The position numbers and the translations under genes were made by a program. Below the pieces are notes generated by a model. It ran no database searches. It had not been told where the DNA came from and worked only from the letters and a program-made list of their open reading frames with translations. Below, piece by piece: positions 14,399 to 26,817 of a stretch of DNA of 64,000 bases. Within the stretch, counting starts at the first letter, position 1, and each line of letters starts with the position of its first letter. This stretch comes from Octopus sinensis. Taxonomy: Eukaryota. The stretch spans positions 185,008,001-185,072,000 of the forward strand of contig NC_042997.1 in assembly GCF_006345805.1 (NCBI RefSeq). The letters are read 5' to 3'.

Positions 14399-14622
14399 GG
14401 CGGCGAGCTGGCAGAAACGTTAGCACGCCGGGCGAAATGCTTAGCCGTATTTCGTCTGCCGTTACGTTCCGAGTTCAAATTCCGCCGAGGTCGACTTTGC
14501 CTTTCATCCTTTCGGGGTCGATAAATTAAGTACCAGTTACGCACTGGGTCGATATAATCGACTTAATTCGTTTGTCTGTTCTTGTTTGTCCCCTCTATGT
14601 TTAGCACCTTGTGGGTAGTAAA

Positions 14623-14626
<4 letters not shown>
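14399..14626 (+). mobile_element. SINE family A monomer
   Basis: Full head, core and tail, followed by (TA)n. Confidence 0.9.
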
Positions 14627-14658
<32 letters not shown>

Positions 14659-14789
14659 GTGTAGCATAATAATATTGATGTTATAGATTTTGATTTTCTA
14701 CAAACTTCATATTCCTTTCGATCCAAATACAGATTTTTCCGCCTTTATTATACAAGAGTTATTTTCAGCTACGGCTGACTTAAATGAGG

Positions 14790-15020
14790 GGACAGTTGAC
14801 AGTTAGAATCGTTAGTACGCCGTGCGAAATGCTTAGCGGTATTTCGTCTGCCGCTACGTTCTGAGTTCATATTCCGCCGAGGTGGACTTTGCCTTTCATC
14901 CTTTCGAGGTCGATTTAAATAAGTACCAGTTACGCACTGGGGTCGATGTATTCGACTTAATCCCTTTGTCCTTGTTTGTCCCCTCTATGTTTAGCCCCTT
15001 GTGGACAATGAAGAAATAAG
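14790..15020 (+). mobile_element. SINE family A monomer, diverged
   Basis: Core and tail match family A. Confidence 0.85.
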
Positions 15021-15687
15021 TTGTAAGTCTACAGGAAATATCTGATTTAATCCTCGATAAAACATGGCGTGCAATATAAGAAAGTGCATTAAAGTTATTT
15101 AACAATATATCAAATTTCAACAACACCTAGGCGTGTGGAAATAACCTCATACTTTAATAATGCATAAAACAAACATAGACAAGTGACAATTTCTAATAAT
15201 GCACATCATATCGATCTATAACTTAGCTAATAATTTATCTAAAGCATTTGGAACAACATAAAGGGTAACAGACTATTCTACTTAGTGGAGTCAAAAAATA
15301 TTTCATATTTCAGTTCGAATTTCGTATGAACAACAACTAAGGGAATTATTTACATGAAATAACCACATTCAATGGAAGTACTAACAAAACAAAAAAAAAT
15401 CTGATATAAAAAGAGTATATAACAACGCACATCACTCTAATTATAATATTATACGATTATAAATGATCTGACTATATTTGCGACTATGTTGCTAACTTTC
15501 ACATACATCGTAGTCCAATTTGGTTCTAGGTAATGATAAAAGTCAAATAATATTCCTTTTCCAAAGTATCTCACTGGCGTTTCCAGTTAACTCCATTTTC
15601 TTTGTTTACACAACTGACTTGTTGAATTCATTACGTGAAATTTTGAAAATGTCTTTCACTAAACGGGCTAAAAATGACGATTGATAA

Positions 15688-16999
15688 CACAACGTAACAA
15701 TTTTCAAAAAAAAATGTTTATTGCATTTTTTTATTGTTTATCAATCCATTTTTTCTGCTGATTCCAAAAAATGAAATTATTTTTTTGTATCATCAACAGT
15801 TCAAAAAATATGTCGACTTTCAATGCTATTATATATTTGGTATTGTTATAATATGTCTAATTTTCTCTTTCATACCAATTACTAAGTTCTGCTACTTTCA
15901 GGATGGTTACTAGAGTATGTAAAAATTCTCCAGATACATTTTACTATGTGTGGTTATTATTTGGAAAAAAGCAGATCGTGAAAGGTGCCAAATTGTGGAT
16001 AGCGTACAGACTATTTCGGAATGCCCATGGGTGACCAGGATAAACCATGGGCCCCCACATGTGATATGTGGAAACTGTCGGTCTACTTTAGAAGGATGGT
16101 TAAGAGGAACAGGAAGGTCAATGCCTTTTGCCATTCCAAAGGTGTGGAGAGAGCCAAAGAACCATCACGATGACTGCTACTTTTGTATGATCGATGTGAC
16201 AAAGTACAGAAAAGTGAAAAGAAGACAAGCTCTTCAGTATCCAGACATACCATCATCTAGAGAACCTGTCCCACATGATGACAGTTTACGAGTACCACTA
16301 CCACCAGAAAATATTTCATCTGAAGAGTTAACAAGTAGCAGCAGCCAAGAAATGGAGGAAGTTTTCGTACCAAGAACGACTTCGGAGCCTCACTTTCCAA
16401 ATCAGAGTGAGCTAGATGATTTAATCAGAGATCTGGGTCTTACTAAGTCAGGAGCTGAACTTTCATCAAGTTTGAAGGAATGGAATCTACTGGGGGAAAA
16501 CTGCAAACGCCATGAAGTGAGGATCATGGTGAGAGATTTCATCAGGACATCACAACTATTGAAAGAAGATACCAAGGACGATGGGATACTGCTTTGATGG
16601 AAGATTATAAATGGTCTCAAGTCAGAAGAGATGAAGGTATACACTACAAAAAATCTCGATCGTCAAAGCACTTTTCATGTTAAGAAAAGAGTTATCAAGA
16701 CATTTACAGTGCACATTTTTATTGTTTCTTTTTGTTCTAACTAATATTATACTTCCTACATACCTTTCAATATATGAAAATGTACTAAATGTTGTGTAAT
16801 TATCCTTACAATACTAGAATAGATTGAACCAACAAAGTGCTGTAGAGAAAAGTTACAAATATAACGAGCAAATATGAAATTAGGAATAAATAAATATCTA
16901 TCGATGTTACGTCAAAACGAATGTGATTTTTGAATTTAGTGGCAAAAATGCATATATGAACATTAAAAAATACAAATAAACAAAACGTGTTACATTCTG
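15688..16999 (+). mobile_element. Chapaev3-like (CMC) DNA transposon, internally deleted, frameshifted transposase N-terminus
   Basis: Imperfect TIRs cacaacgtaaca / tgttacattctg with taa on both flanks (3-bp TSD). Coding from ~15902 (CKNSPDTFYYVCG) into ORF 15950-16597: PHVICGNCRSTLEGWLRG..MPFAIPKVWREPKNHHDDCYFC..YPDIPSS..PVPH..QSELDDLIRDLGL..KEWNLL. Family assignment from recalled motifs. Confidence 0.75.
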
Positions 17000-18067
17000 T
17001 AATTTATCCCTCTAAAAGCAAAATTAATTTATTTATGTTACTAAGAAGCTTTACATTGTTAATGTAATGAAATACGTTTAATAAACAAGATACAAACGTT
17101 GCTTAATGAACACAATAAAGATTTCCGGTATTTAAATATCGTTTGATTTAAATATTGTTCGATTTGAAATGGTAAACTCATCTAAAGTTTTCATTAGAAA
17201 AAAACGAGCCCACTATAGCACACCATACAAAGGGATATAAAAGAAATATTACCGTCTAATATATAAACACTTGAAATTGTGCACTATTAATGCTCAGTTT
17301 TTGTAAGGTGGTTAGATATGGGGAAATACGAGTTCTGTAAAGCTTCAAGCTATCGAAAAATGTCCTATTTAAATGGGGGAGAGCTACATTACGTTGTTTA
17401 AGCTCTCGCTCTAAGATAGCTTCATTTCATGAAACAAATCTAACCCTGTTCCCTTGGTAACAGAAGCGTCTAGGAAGTGTAAACTGCAAAGCAGTCCGTT
17501 CAATCAGAAAAGAAGGCAGTATGATGTTTGGCTGCTTTATGGGAGGAACAATAAAAATATTTCAAAATATAAATAAGATCCAAAAAAGAAGCAAATGAAT
17601 TCAATAACTATATCAGGCAATCAAGTTGGGTTCACAACTGGATCATATATAGAGATGGACCACACTCATAGAGTGAACTAGGGCGTTGGTCTACTTCGGC
17701 CTTTCAAAATAATAATGGAAGTTTGAGCTTCAGATAGCATCATGGTTTTACAATAGTTGCTGCAGAGAGGCAAATTATGATAACATCCTAAAATACTACC
17801 AAACGACACAGATTATCAAACACTTCGATCACGATAATGAGGTTAGATTAAAAACTAAATTAGAAAAATAGATAATTATTTAGTGGAAACTAATAAGCAA
17901 CCAACAATTATTCGGGTATCTAGATAAATATTTATTAAGGGGAACAGGAAATAAGTTAAAGAAAATACAATGAGGAGCGCAAAAAGAGATTATATATATC
18001 GACTAGATTGAAAATCTTTCACAAATCAGAGCATTCTACAAAAACATAGCCAAAGTTGGAGAAAATA

Positions 18068-18246
18068 TTGGTTTTAAATTTGGGGACAAGGCCAGCTATT
18101 TCGGGGGAAACGGGTAAATCGATAACATTGATCACTGTGATCAACTGGTTTTTATTTTATCGACTCTGAAAGGATGAAAGACAAAGTCGACCTCGGCGGA
18201 ATTTGTAATCACAACATAAAGACGGACAAAATGCCGCTAAGCATTT
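18068..18246 (-). mobile_element. Diverged SINE family A with alternative tail
   Basis: gaaaggatgaaagacaaagtcgacctcggcggaattt core. Confidence 0.75.
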
Positions 18247-19036
18247 AACAAATTTTGAAAAATGAGATTTTAAAAATGTTCGTAAATAGAACACTAAGGC
18301 TGGAGGTTCAATTTATTTTCAAGACTCCGCCAATAAATAAATTATCCCAATTCATGTAGGCTAGAAAAGAAAACTGAGCAAAAATATCATTTCCTTCTTC
18401 GTTTTCTGTACTTTCTCCTAATCACCACTTTTTCTAGGTTTTGTGATTTATTTTATTACAGTTGCTTACTAGGTTTACACAGAAGTTTAAATTGATCAAA
18501 TAAATAGATATATATATGTTGCTAAATTGTGTTACAAATCTTTGTAGAATATAATGTATAATATCTTGTTAAATTAACCCCCAAATGCATTTATATACAA
18601 TGCATATATATTAGTTATTCTAATCTTGAACATCGACCAGACAGTCGAAACAGATAACTTCATTATCTGTTATTATATATATATATATATTGCCTTAACG
18701 ACAAGTGTATATTAACACTAATATTATTATAGAAAATTTGACAAGTTTTACGTCTGGCGGAAATATATTTGAAATATAAATTATTTCATACAGCAATAGA
18801 CTTCCTTATAATGTATAGCCTTGTATATACTCATACACACACACACAACGTATATACATAAAAGTATGCATACGTACGTCCATGTATATGTATATGCAAA
18901 CATATATACGAACATCCGTAGAAACATTAATACATATTGTAAGACGGTACGTATGAAGTGTAAATATTATATGATAGAGAAAACTAAAAACAACGCACGG
19001 TAAAAAGATAAATAATATATGTGCATCTGTTAAAAC

Positions 19037-19356
19037 GGAGGCACATAGCCCAGTGGTAAGAGCAGCGGACTCGCGGTCGAAGGATCGCGGGTTCGAATCT
19101 CAGACCGGGCGATGTGTGTTTTTGTGAGCGAAACACCTAAGCTCCACGCGGCTCGGGCAGAAGGTAATGGCGAACTTCTGCTGACTCTTTCGCCACAACT
19201 TTCTCTCACTCTTTCCTCCTGCATCTGCATCTCACTCTTTCCTCCTGCTCACCTGCGACGGACCGGCGTCCCGTCCAGGTGGGTAACCTATACGCCAAGG
19301 AAACCGGGTGACCGGCCCTTATGAGCCAGGCATGGCTCGAGAAGGAACAAACAACA
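19037..19356 (+). mobile_element. tRNA-derived SINE family C (V-domain-like)
   Basis: tRNA-like head with A-box and B-box gggttcgaatctc; gcgacggaccggcgtcccgtccaggtg; (caa)n-like tail; internal duplication of ctcactctttcctcctgc. Confidence 0.85.
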
Positions 19357-20434
19357 ATATGTTAAAACGTTAATATAAATCAGAATTAAAGGTGATCAAT
19401 GAATGGTGTTTTGTATATATAAATATAATTTTGTGCAGTAGACTGTCGTATGTATGTCCGCCTCCTGTTTATAATTATTTAAATTCACCCTCTGAGGAAG
19501 GAACTAGTTTCTAATAAATATACTACGCTGCGTCGTTGGAATGTAGATAACAAAAACAAGGTGGCATACTAAATTTGAGAAAAGTTTTGCATATGTTTAC
19601 TGTTCCACTCACTGGTTGTATTTGTAATGTGCGAGGTAGTTGATTTCTAATTCCGAAAATCCTAGCTTATCCGGATTGTCGTTTAGGCATTTTACACACA
19701 AAGCCAAGGACACCAATTTAGTATTGATATAAATGTGGATATAGAAACTGGCAATTTCGAAGCAGTTGTCCATAAGTTATCCTATATCTCTTTGATTTCC
19801 TAAGGGATATTCACCTCAGAAGGACAACTGACATTTTGCTGACATTTTTGAGCAGCTGTGAATCACATGTCTTCTACAAAAATATAGCATAAACTACGTT
19901 TACGGTTGCATCTTGGAACTCCAAGGACTTCACTGTCTCTTTTGTCTGTTAGGTATTTAGCAGCAACCTTAAGATATTGTACTCCAAATGCATAGTCATC
20001 GATGTTAATAGAGCGATAACGAGTCAAAGAGAAGCTTCGCTTCACGTCAATATTGCTGTCTTCACCAAGTCTCCTGGACACATAACCAGCCATAGTCTAT
20101 TTTTGGTATGATTAGCGTTTCGTATCCAGGTATACTTTGAAGTATGTTAGGCCGACCGTTTTGGGGTTGTATGCAAGGTCATCAGGAAGTGAGTTCTTCC
20201 TGAGGAGCTCGCTGCCGAAACAAAGGATATTCCTTTCTTAATTTTTCAACACGTAGTTGATTTAATTATAATTGCTGCTGATGTTTAGTAAACCTTACTC
20301 AGAGACACTCTAGTGTTGTCTGAAGAAGGGACTGTAGTACTGTCTGAGAGATATTATGATGTATGTATGTATGCATGTATGTATATATATATATATATAT
20401 ATGTATGAATATATATGTGTGTGTGTGTGTGTGT

Positions 20435-20716
20435 GGAAGCGCATGGCCTAGTCGTTAGAGCAACGGACTCGCGGTCGAGAGATCGCGGGTTCGAATCTTA
20501 GACCGGGCGATGTGTGTGTTTATGAGCGAAACACCTAAGCTCCACGCGGCTCTGGCAGAAGGTGATGGCGAACTTTCTCTCACTCTTTACATCCTGCATC
20601 TTGCAGCTCACCTGCGACGGACCGGCGTCCTGTCCAGGTGGGGAACCTATGCTCCAAGAAAACCGGGAAACCGACCCTTATGAATCAGGCGTGACTCGAG
20701 AAGGAACAAACAACTG
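20435..20716 (+). mobile_element. SINE family C
   Basis: Homologous to 19037-19356. Confidence 0.85.
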
Positions 20717-20744
20717 TTCCTCCTAAAGGATGAAACAACAACAA

Positions 20745-22062
20745 ATATATATATGTTTCTTTATTAGCCACACAGGGCTGCACACAGATAGAACAAATTA
20801 CAAGGTAGAGCTTTTCTTTTGAAGGTTTAAAAAAAAAAAAAAAAAAAAGGAAGGGGGAGTTTCGATCAAAAGGGATCGTAAAAGGAGAGAAAGAGGACAT
20901 AAAAAGGGGGGTTAAAAAAAAAAAAAAAAAAAAAGGGGGAGAGGAAAAAAAAATTGATCAATAGGGATCGTTATCACAGAAATGTCAATATGAAGTGTAA
21001 AGGGGAGGACAGGTGAGGTTTACCCGTGGAAAGAAAAGCCTACGGAAAAGACCACGGTAACCTCGGTCAATGAAGTCACATTTTATATTTCTTTTTTTTT
21101 TTTTTTTTTTTTTTGCAAATAAGCAACTCTGTTTTCGATTTCTGGGTTCATAGGACTATGCTCAAGGTGGCTTTGTCATTCATACGTGCCATTCTTGCTA
21201 CATTCACCCATCTTTTTTTAAAACATTCGCTAGACAAAACTTGCCTCTCTACTCTCACTTTCCTTTTCAAGTGGTACTTGAAGAAGTTGATGAGAGATTG
21301 ACCAGAGAGGAAAGTGTTTGTCTCCAATCCTTTCAGACGCGTCCACCAGATACATTCTTTCGCCATAGCCACAAGGATGATGAAAATAGCTCTTCCTTCC
21401 CGTTTGAAGGAAGGAGGCGTGACAATATTGACGATAGACTCAGCTGATAAACCGACTCGTCCACACGTGACAGCAGTTGTTCGACATAAGCCCACAGGTC
21501 GGAAATTGTTGGACACTGAACGAGTGCGTGCAGAACGGTTTCGTTGCTCTGACCGCATCTCGGGCAGGTCGGCCCCGTGTTTCTCGAGCCGTGTCTGTAG
21601 AGCTTATCCCGAACGGGTAGCGCTTCTCGGTAGCACTGCCAGGCCAGGGATCTCTGGAAGTTGTCCATGGGCCCTGGCCCGAAAGTCGTCCCGAACAGGC
21701 GGGTCAGGTACTCCTCGTCGACGTCCAGGTTCGCCCCGAGCTCGTCGTCGTACCTCCCCTCCACTAACCCCTATAGAATGCTTTGGTTGTGTTGAAGTCA
21801 CTTAAGGTCGACCCAGGACGGCAGAGTTGCTTGAGAGCAACGCGACACTCGCGGTGCCATTCGCCCTTCCTCGGCCTCTTTTTGATCCACGACTGCAGTT
21901 CGGTCATGGAGACGAGCTGCGGGAAAGCGTGCCTCACAAACGGCGACCACACCTGTTCACCGTCGTCTACATAGAGCCAGAGATGTCGCAGTCTCAGCGC
22001 GTGTCTGCGCATCATCAACCACGGCATGCCCAGTCCTCCTTTTAACGGGTGTTGACAGCAAA
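20745..22062 (-). mobile_element. 5'-truncated Tx1/L1-clade LINE (ORF2 C-terminus, zf-RVT-like, plus 3' UTR)
   Basis: Frameshifted ORFs: WSPFVRHAFP..TTKAFYRG; FQRSLAWQCYREALPVRDKL..TCPRCGQSNETVLHALVQC (CCHC); AKECIWWTR..KRWVNVARMA. 3' UTR with T-tracts ends at aataaagaaac next to (TA)n. Confidence 0.85.
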
Positions 22063-22103
22063 TGGATCGCCTGACAACAAATATATATATATATACATAT
22101 ATA

Positions 22104-22141
<38 letters not shown>

Positions 22142-22874
22142 TGTGTGTGTGTTTGTGTCTGTGTGTGTCTGTGTCTGTGTGCATGTATGCTGACTTGTGA
22201 AATACAAATGTGGAGCAAATATTTATATTTTACAAAATAAACTTTTTAGCGAAGGAAATCTGTTTTTTGTTAATTCGTTGATAGTTAATCTAAACGAGTT
22301 ATGCACGAAAAATAAGGATCGCTAAATTAAGTACCAGCGAAACACTGGGGACGATGCAGCCGACTAGTCCTCTCCCGCCAAATTCCAGGTCTTATGTCTA
22401 TAGTAGAAAAGAGTTATGTACAAAAAATAAACAAATAAATAAAATCGAAAGCAGAGTTTATTTACTACAACATGAACACTATGAAATAAAACTATTTAAC
22501 ATATACGCCGGCGTATTGCGCTTTTTATTCTTAAATGTAATAAAAAAAATAGAAAGACATTGCCATGTGTCATATGCGTTGTTTTTCTTTCCCCAAATAT
22601 TCTATATTCTACAAAATAGTAGGGGTTGTCGTAGGCGAGAATTCGTCCGAAACATACGGTATGTGTACGTGAGGGTATGTGTACGTGTGTATGCATGTAT
22701 GTATTTATGTGTGTGTGTGTGCATGTGGGTGTCATTGTGCTTGTATCTTATCACTTCACAATTAGTCTTCATTTGTTTACACTCACGTAGCATAGCACAA
22801 TTCGAACCACTACGTCGCTCAACTTAATGTCTCAGATTGACTAAAACTAAACGTAAAAGTAAAAAAAAAATATT

Positions 22875-23230
22875 GTTGTTGTTGTGACCCCCTTCGGTCA
22901 TGACTGACCATGGGATTGCACCTAGAAAGTTACCCTCCGAGGCTGGGTAAGGTTGTTTATGCAAGACTAGCAGTCGCCCACGCATACCAGTCTCCCCTCT
23001 CCATGCCACTGATGTTATCCAAGGGCAAGGCAAGGCCAATACAGCTTGGCACCAGTGACGTCGCAGCTCATTTATTAACGTGCAAGTGGCTGAGCACTCC
23101 ACAGACACTTGTACCCTTAACGTAGCTCTCGGGGAGATTCAGCGTGACACAGAAGTCTGACCCTTTGAAATACAGGTACAACAGAAACAGGAAGAAAGAG
23201 TGAGAGAAAGTTGTAGTGAAAGAGTACAGC
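22875..23230 (-). mobile_element. SINE fragment related to family D tail
   Basis: gtgacccccttcggtcatgactgaccatggg is the reverse complement of a motif resembling the tail at ~24490-24515 (cccatggtcattcgtgaccga). Confidence 0.55.
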
Positions 23231-23417
23231 AGGGTTCAACGACCCACTGCCGGAGCTTTAGGTGCTTTCGAAAAAAAAAAATAGTGTATATATATATATT
23301 AAAAGTTTATATAAATATACTCATACATGTATGTGTGTATATGTGTGCCTCTGTGTGTGTGTGCATGTGCCTGTATGTGTGTTATTGTGTGTGAGTGGTA
23401 GGATGAGTGTGAGCATA

Positions 23418-23626
23418 TACGAGGGGTGCTGAAAAGTTCATCGTTTTGGGTTGAAGAAAATTCAGAAGGATCAGTTGATTATAATTTCATTTACATATTA
23501 CCCTCTCAGATACACATATTTTGCAGCAGTCCTTCAGTTTTTCAAAGCCCTGTAAAAGAACTCGGAAGGATGGGCCTCCAAGCAGGTCTTTTGCGATACC
23601 CTTGAACTTTTCAGCCCCTGTTCGTA
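23418..23626. mobile_element. Mariner-derived MITE
   Basis: TIR tacgaggggtgctgaaaagttc / gaacttttcagcccctgttcgta with TA ends. A related 5' fragment lies at ~25863-26010. Confidence 0.75.
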
Positions 23627-23636
23627 CTTATATATA

Positions 23637-23836
23637 CATGATAGATCGTTAGCTCCTACACGCATTTTGTCTCAGATTGACTTGTTTTTTTTTCTGTGTA
23701 TCTTTCTGTCGAAGAGCGTAGGCTCGAAACGTAAAAGACTTTTTCTATTTCTATCCCTGAGCGCTATACTAATACATTTGTTTGTTTGTACTCCACCTGT
23801 CTTCGTCTTTTGTTTATTTTCGTAAACCTTCCCTTT
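23637..23836 (+). mobile_element. ~200-bp (TA)n-flanked Penelope-like/retrozyme-type element with minimal hammerhead motif (copy 1)
   Basis: tcttt-CTGTCGA-a-gagc(gtag)gctc-GAAA-cg-TA-aaaga at 23701-23738; homologous to 26215, 38898 and 63777. Confidence 0.7.
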
Positions 23837-24115
23837 ATATATATATAGTGTCGTCTTGAATTTATGTCAAATTTCTTACTCTCCTAATATTAGATGAGAC
23901 GAACACGTCCCACACGCCAAAGAAACTTTAAGACATGCGGACCTGTGTCAAGCTGATATTACTTAAATATAGAACTACAACCACTTGTGCTGAGCGCCAC
24001 TCTCTTACCTTTGTCGATTCACTCTCGTTGATGCATATATATGTATCTTTGTGCGAGCGAGCTCATGTGTGTCAGTTCAATATACATCCCTAAATATACA
24101 TATATATACATATGT

Positions 24116-24148
<33 letters not shown>

Positions 24149-24170
24149 GTTGAGTTTGTGTGTGTTTGTT

Positions 24171-24527
24171 AAGGCGCATGGCTCAGTGGTTAGAGCTTCG
24201 AGCTTACGATCGTGAGGTTGTGAGTTCGATTCCCGGATCGGGCTGCGTGTTGTGTTTTTGAGCAAGACACTTTATTTTACGTTGCTCCAGTTTTACTCAG
24301 CTGTAGAAATGAGTTGCGACATCACAGGTGGCAAGCTGTATCGGCCTTTGGTTTTTCCTTGGATAATATCGGCGGTGGGGGGGAGGGGAGGCTGTTATGC
24401 ACGGGTGACTTCTGGTCTTCCATAAAATCAACCCTAGGTTGTGCGTTCGCCGGTGAGGCGACTGTCCGGAGGGGAACATCTTAGGTGCACCCATGGTCAT
24501 TCGTGACCGACGGAGTCGAATTTTTAT
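24171..24527 (+). mobile_element. tRNA-derived SINE family D (CORE-like)
   Basis: Head ggcgcatggctcagtggttagag..gagttcgattccc; tgttgtgtttttgagcaagacacttt core. Confidence 0.8.
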
Positions 24528-24538
24528 ATGTATGTATG

Positions 24539-24573
<35 letters not shown>

Positions 24574-24831
24574 CAATAAAAATGGTAAAGAATTTTCCTG
24601 TGGTTTTTCATGTAACCAACAATTATTTACCGGAAAATTTGGGTATGTAAATACGACAAATTAATTGTCAGGACCTTTGTAAGGTTCAGTATATAGTAAA
24701 GAAAAAATAAGAAGGTTATCAGCAGGCTGTTTCACCTCATACTGAAGGAATTAGAAATGGCAGTCAAAGACCGTTTTTCCAATTTCTATAAGTGGAGAAT
24801 CCAAAAACGAAGGCCCTTACGGCTCACATAC

Positions 24832-25254
24832 ACAAAACCGGAGTGGCAAATATACGAAGTCAGTCACTTACCGTTAATAGCGAACATATGTTTCTGGATC
24901 GCAAACATAGAAATCAGTTTGAATTCCGTCATCGGCGCTATATTCGATAGCTTTACTAAATGCCACTAGCCCTCACTTCTGACCCAGCGACATCAAATAG
25001 TGGGGGGAAGAGTGCAGATGTTAAAACTAAGTGGCGACTGGGAACTCCTAGTCGCCACTTAGTTTTAACATCTGCACTCTTCCCCCCACTATCTGATGTC
25101 GCTGGGTCAGAAGTGAGGGCTAGTGGCATTTAGTAAAGCTATCGAATATAGCGCCGATGACGGAATTCAAACTGATTTCTATGTTTGCGATCCAGAAACA
25201 TATGTTCGCTATTAACGGTAAGTGACTGACTTCGTATAGTTGCCACTCCGGTTT

Positions 25255-25257
<3 letters not shown>
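24832..25257. repeat. Long palindrome: 212-bp arms, 2-nt spacer, ~3 mismatches
   Basis: Arms 24832-25043 and 25046-25257 are reverse complements; the right arm runs directly into (TA)n. Confidence 0.92.
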
Positions 25258-25295
<38 letters not shown>

Positions 25296-25431
25296 GTTCA
25301 ACTTAAAAACGGTAATTTGCAGAATAATGATCAGGACTAAAACATATAATAGAATAAATGCAACCCACGACATTGCTGAAGTCAAGTTTAAAAGTATTAA
25401 TAGTGTATAATTTAAGATTATATAAATATAT

Positions 25432-25833
25432 AGGCGTAGGAGTGGCTGTGTGGTAAGTAACTTGCTTACGAACCATATGGTTCCGAGTTCAGTCCCGCTG
25501 CGTGAAACCTTGGGCAAGTGTCTTCTAATATAGCCTCGGGCCGATCAAAGCCTTATGAGTGGATTTGGTAGACAGAAATTGAAAGAAGCCCGTCGTAATA
25601 TGTATATATATATAAATATATATGTATGTGTGTCTGTATTTGTCCCCACAACATCGGTTGACAACCGATGCTGGTGTGTTTACGTCCCCGTAACTTAGCA
25701 GTTCGGCTAAAGAGAGCGATAGAATAAGTTCTAGGCTTACAAAGAACAAGCCGTGGGATCGATTTGCTCGACTAAAGGCGGTGATCCAGCATGGCCATAG
25801 TCAAATCACTGAAACAAGTAAAAGAGTAAAAGT
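25432..25833 (+). mobile_element. SINE family B
   Basis: Head ggcgtaggagtggctgtgtggtaag; cttgggcaagtgtcttc; internal TA tract; tail aagtaaaagagtaaaag. Confidence 0.88.
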
Positions 25834-26214
25834 GTATACATATACATATGTGTTTTGTGTGTGTATACAAGAAAGTGCTGAAAACCTCTTGGCTTTGGTT
25901 GATAGAAAATATAGGAGGGTCAGTTTATGATGATATTGTTCAACATATTTTTCTTTCTGACATCCACACACTTTTTGCAGCGGTACTTCAGTTTCTCTAA
26001 GCTCCGTAAAAGAATTAACATATTGTTAATTCTGTGTAATACGTGTTTCATTACAGGATAGGTGTTAGAATCCATACACATATAGAAAACATGTATGGAA
26101 TTTACTATTTGTAATTCATAAGATAAAGTTTCAAAATAATTCGAAGGCACAGTTTCGATTATAACCCATTCTATATAATACATGTTTATATGCACAACCG
26201 CTAACTCCAAAAGT

Positions 26215-26367
26215 TTTTTTTAAATTCTCTGTTTATTTCCTCGTGTTCCTTTCTGTTGAAGAGCATAGGCTCGAAACGTAAAAGACTTTCTCACCTTCCC
26301 GAGCGTCAAACTAATACGCCTACTTGTTTATAAAACTGTCTTCGTTTTTTGATATTCTGTAAATCTC

Positions 26368-26370
<3 letters not shown>
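26215..26370 (+). mobile_element. Hammerhead-motif element, copy 2
   Basis: cttt-CTGTTGA-a-gagc(atag)gctc-GAAA-cg-TA-aaag at ~26249-26285; ends in (TA)n. Confidence 0.65.
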
Positions 26371-26422
<52 letters not shown>

Positions 26423-26427
<5 letters not shown>

Positions 26428-26638
26428 ATCTCTCGCCATATCGTGGTTCACCTATCGCGGTTTATTATTTAAGCTTACGTCGATTCCTGTGTGGAGTTGT
26501 TCTGCATTTATAATAAAATAAATACATACAAATTATGTATGTATAAAAATATACAGTACAGTTCGGTTTGTACTTCGCGGATTTTCAGCTATCGCTGGGG
26601 TTTTGGCAGTGTAACACCCGCGATAGTCGAGGGATTGC

Positions 26639-26640
<2 letters not shown>
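26423..26640. mobile_element. pogo/Tigger-type MITE
   Basis: agtaatctctcgccatatcgtgg at the left end versus cccgcgatagtcgagggattgctg at the right end (imperfect TIR); TA context. Confidence 0.6.
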
Positions 26641-26696
<56 letters not shown>

Positions 26697-26708
26697 TACA
26701 TACATACA

Positions 26709-26743
<35 letters not shown>

Positions 26744-26762
26744 TTATACACATATATGCACC

Positions 26763-26817
<55 letters not shown>

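Noticed and set aside
18620-18690. GAAA followed by a cagata/tatctg stem, resembling a hammerhead
   Set aside because: No CUGANGA core in register (ttgaaca at best).
19037-19110. tRNA-like sequences with A/B boxes (also 20435, 24171, 29200, 50595, 54349)
   Set aside because: They run into SINE bodies and tails and lack a complete acceptor stem; not tRNA genes.
19400-20350. Possible Penelope-like fragment with ctgagga and ctgaaga motifs
   Set aside because: No matching GAAA/helix III and no recognisable RT or GIY-YIG residues in the frames read.
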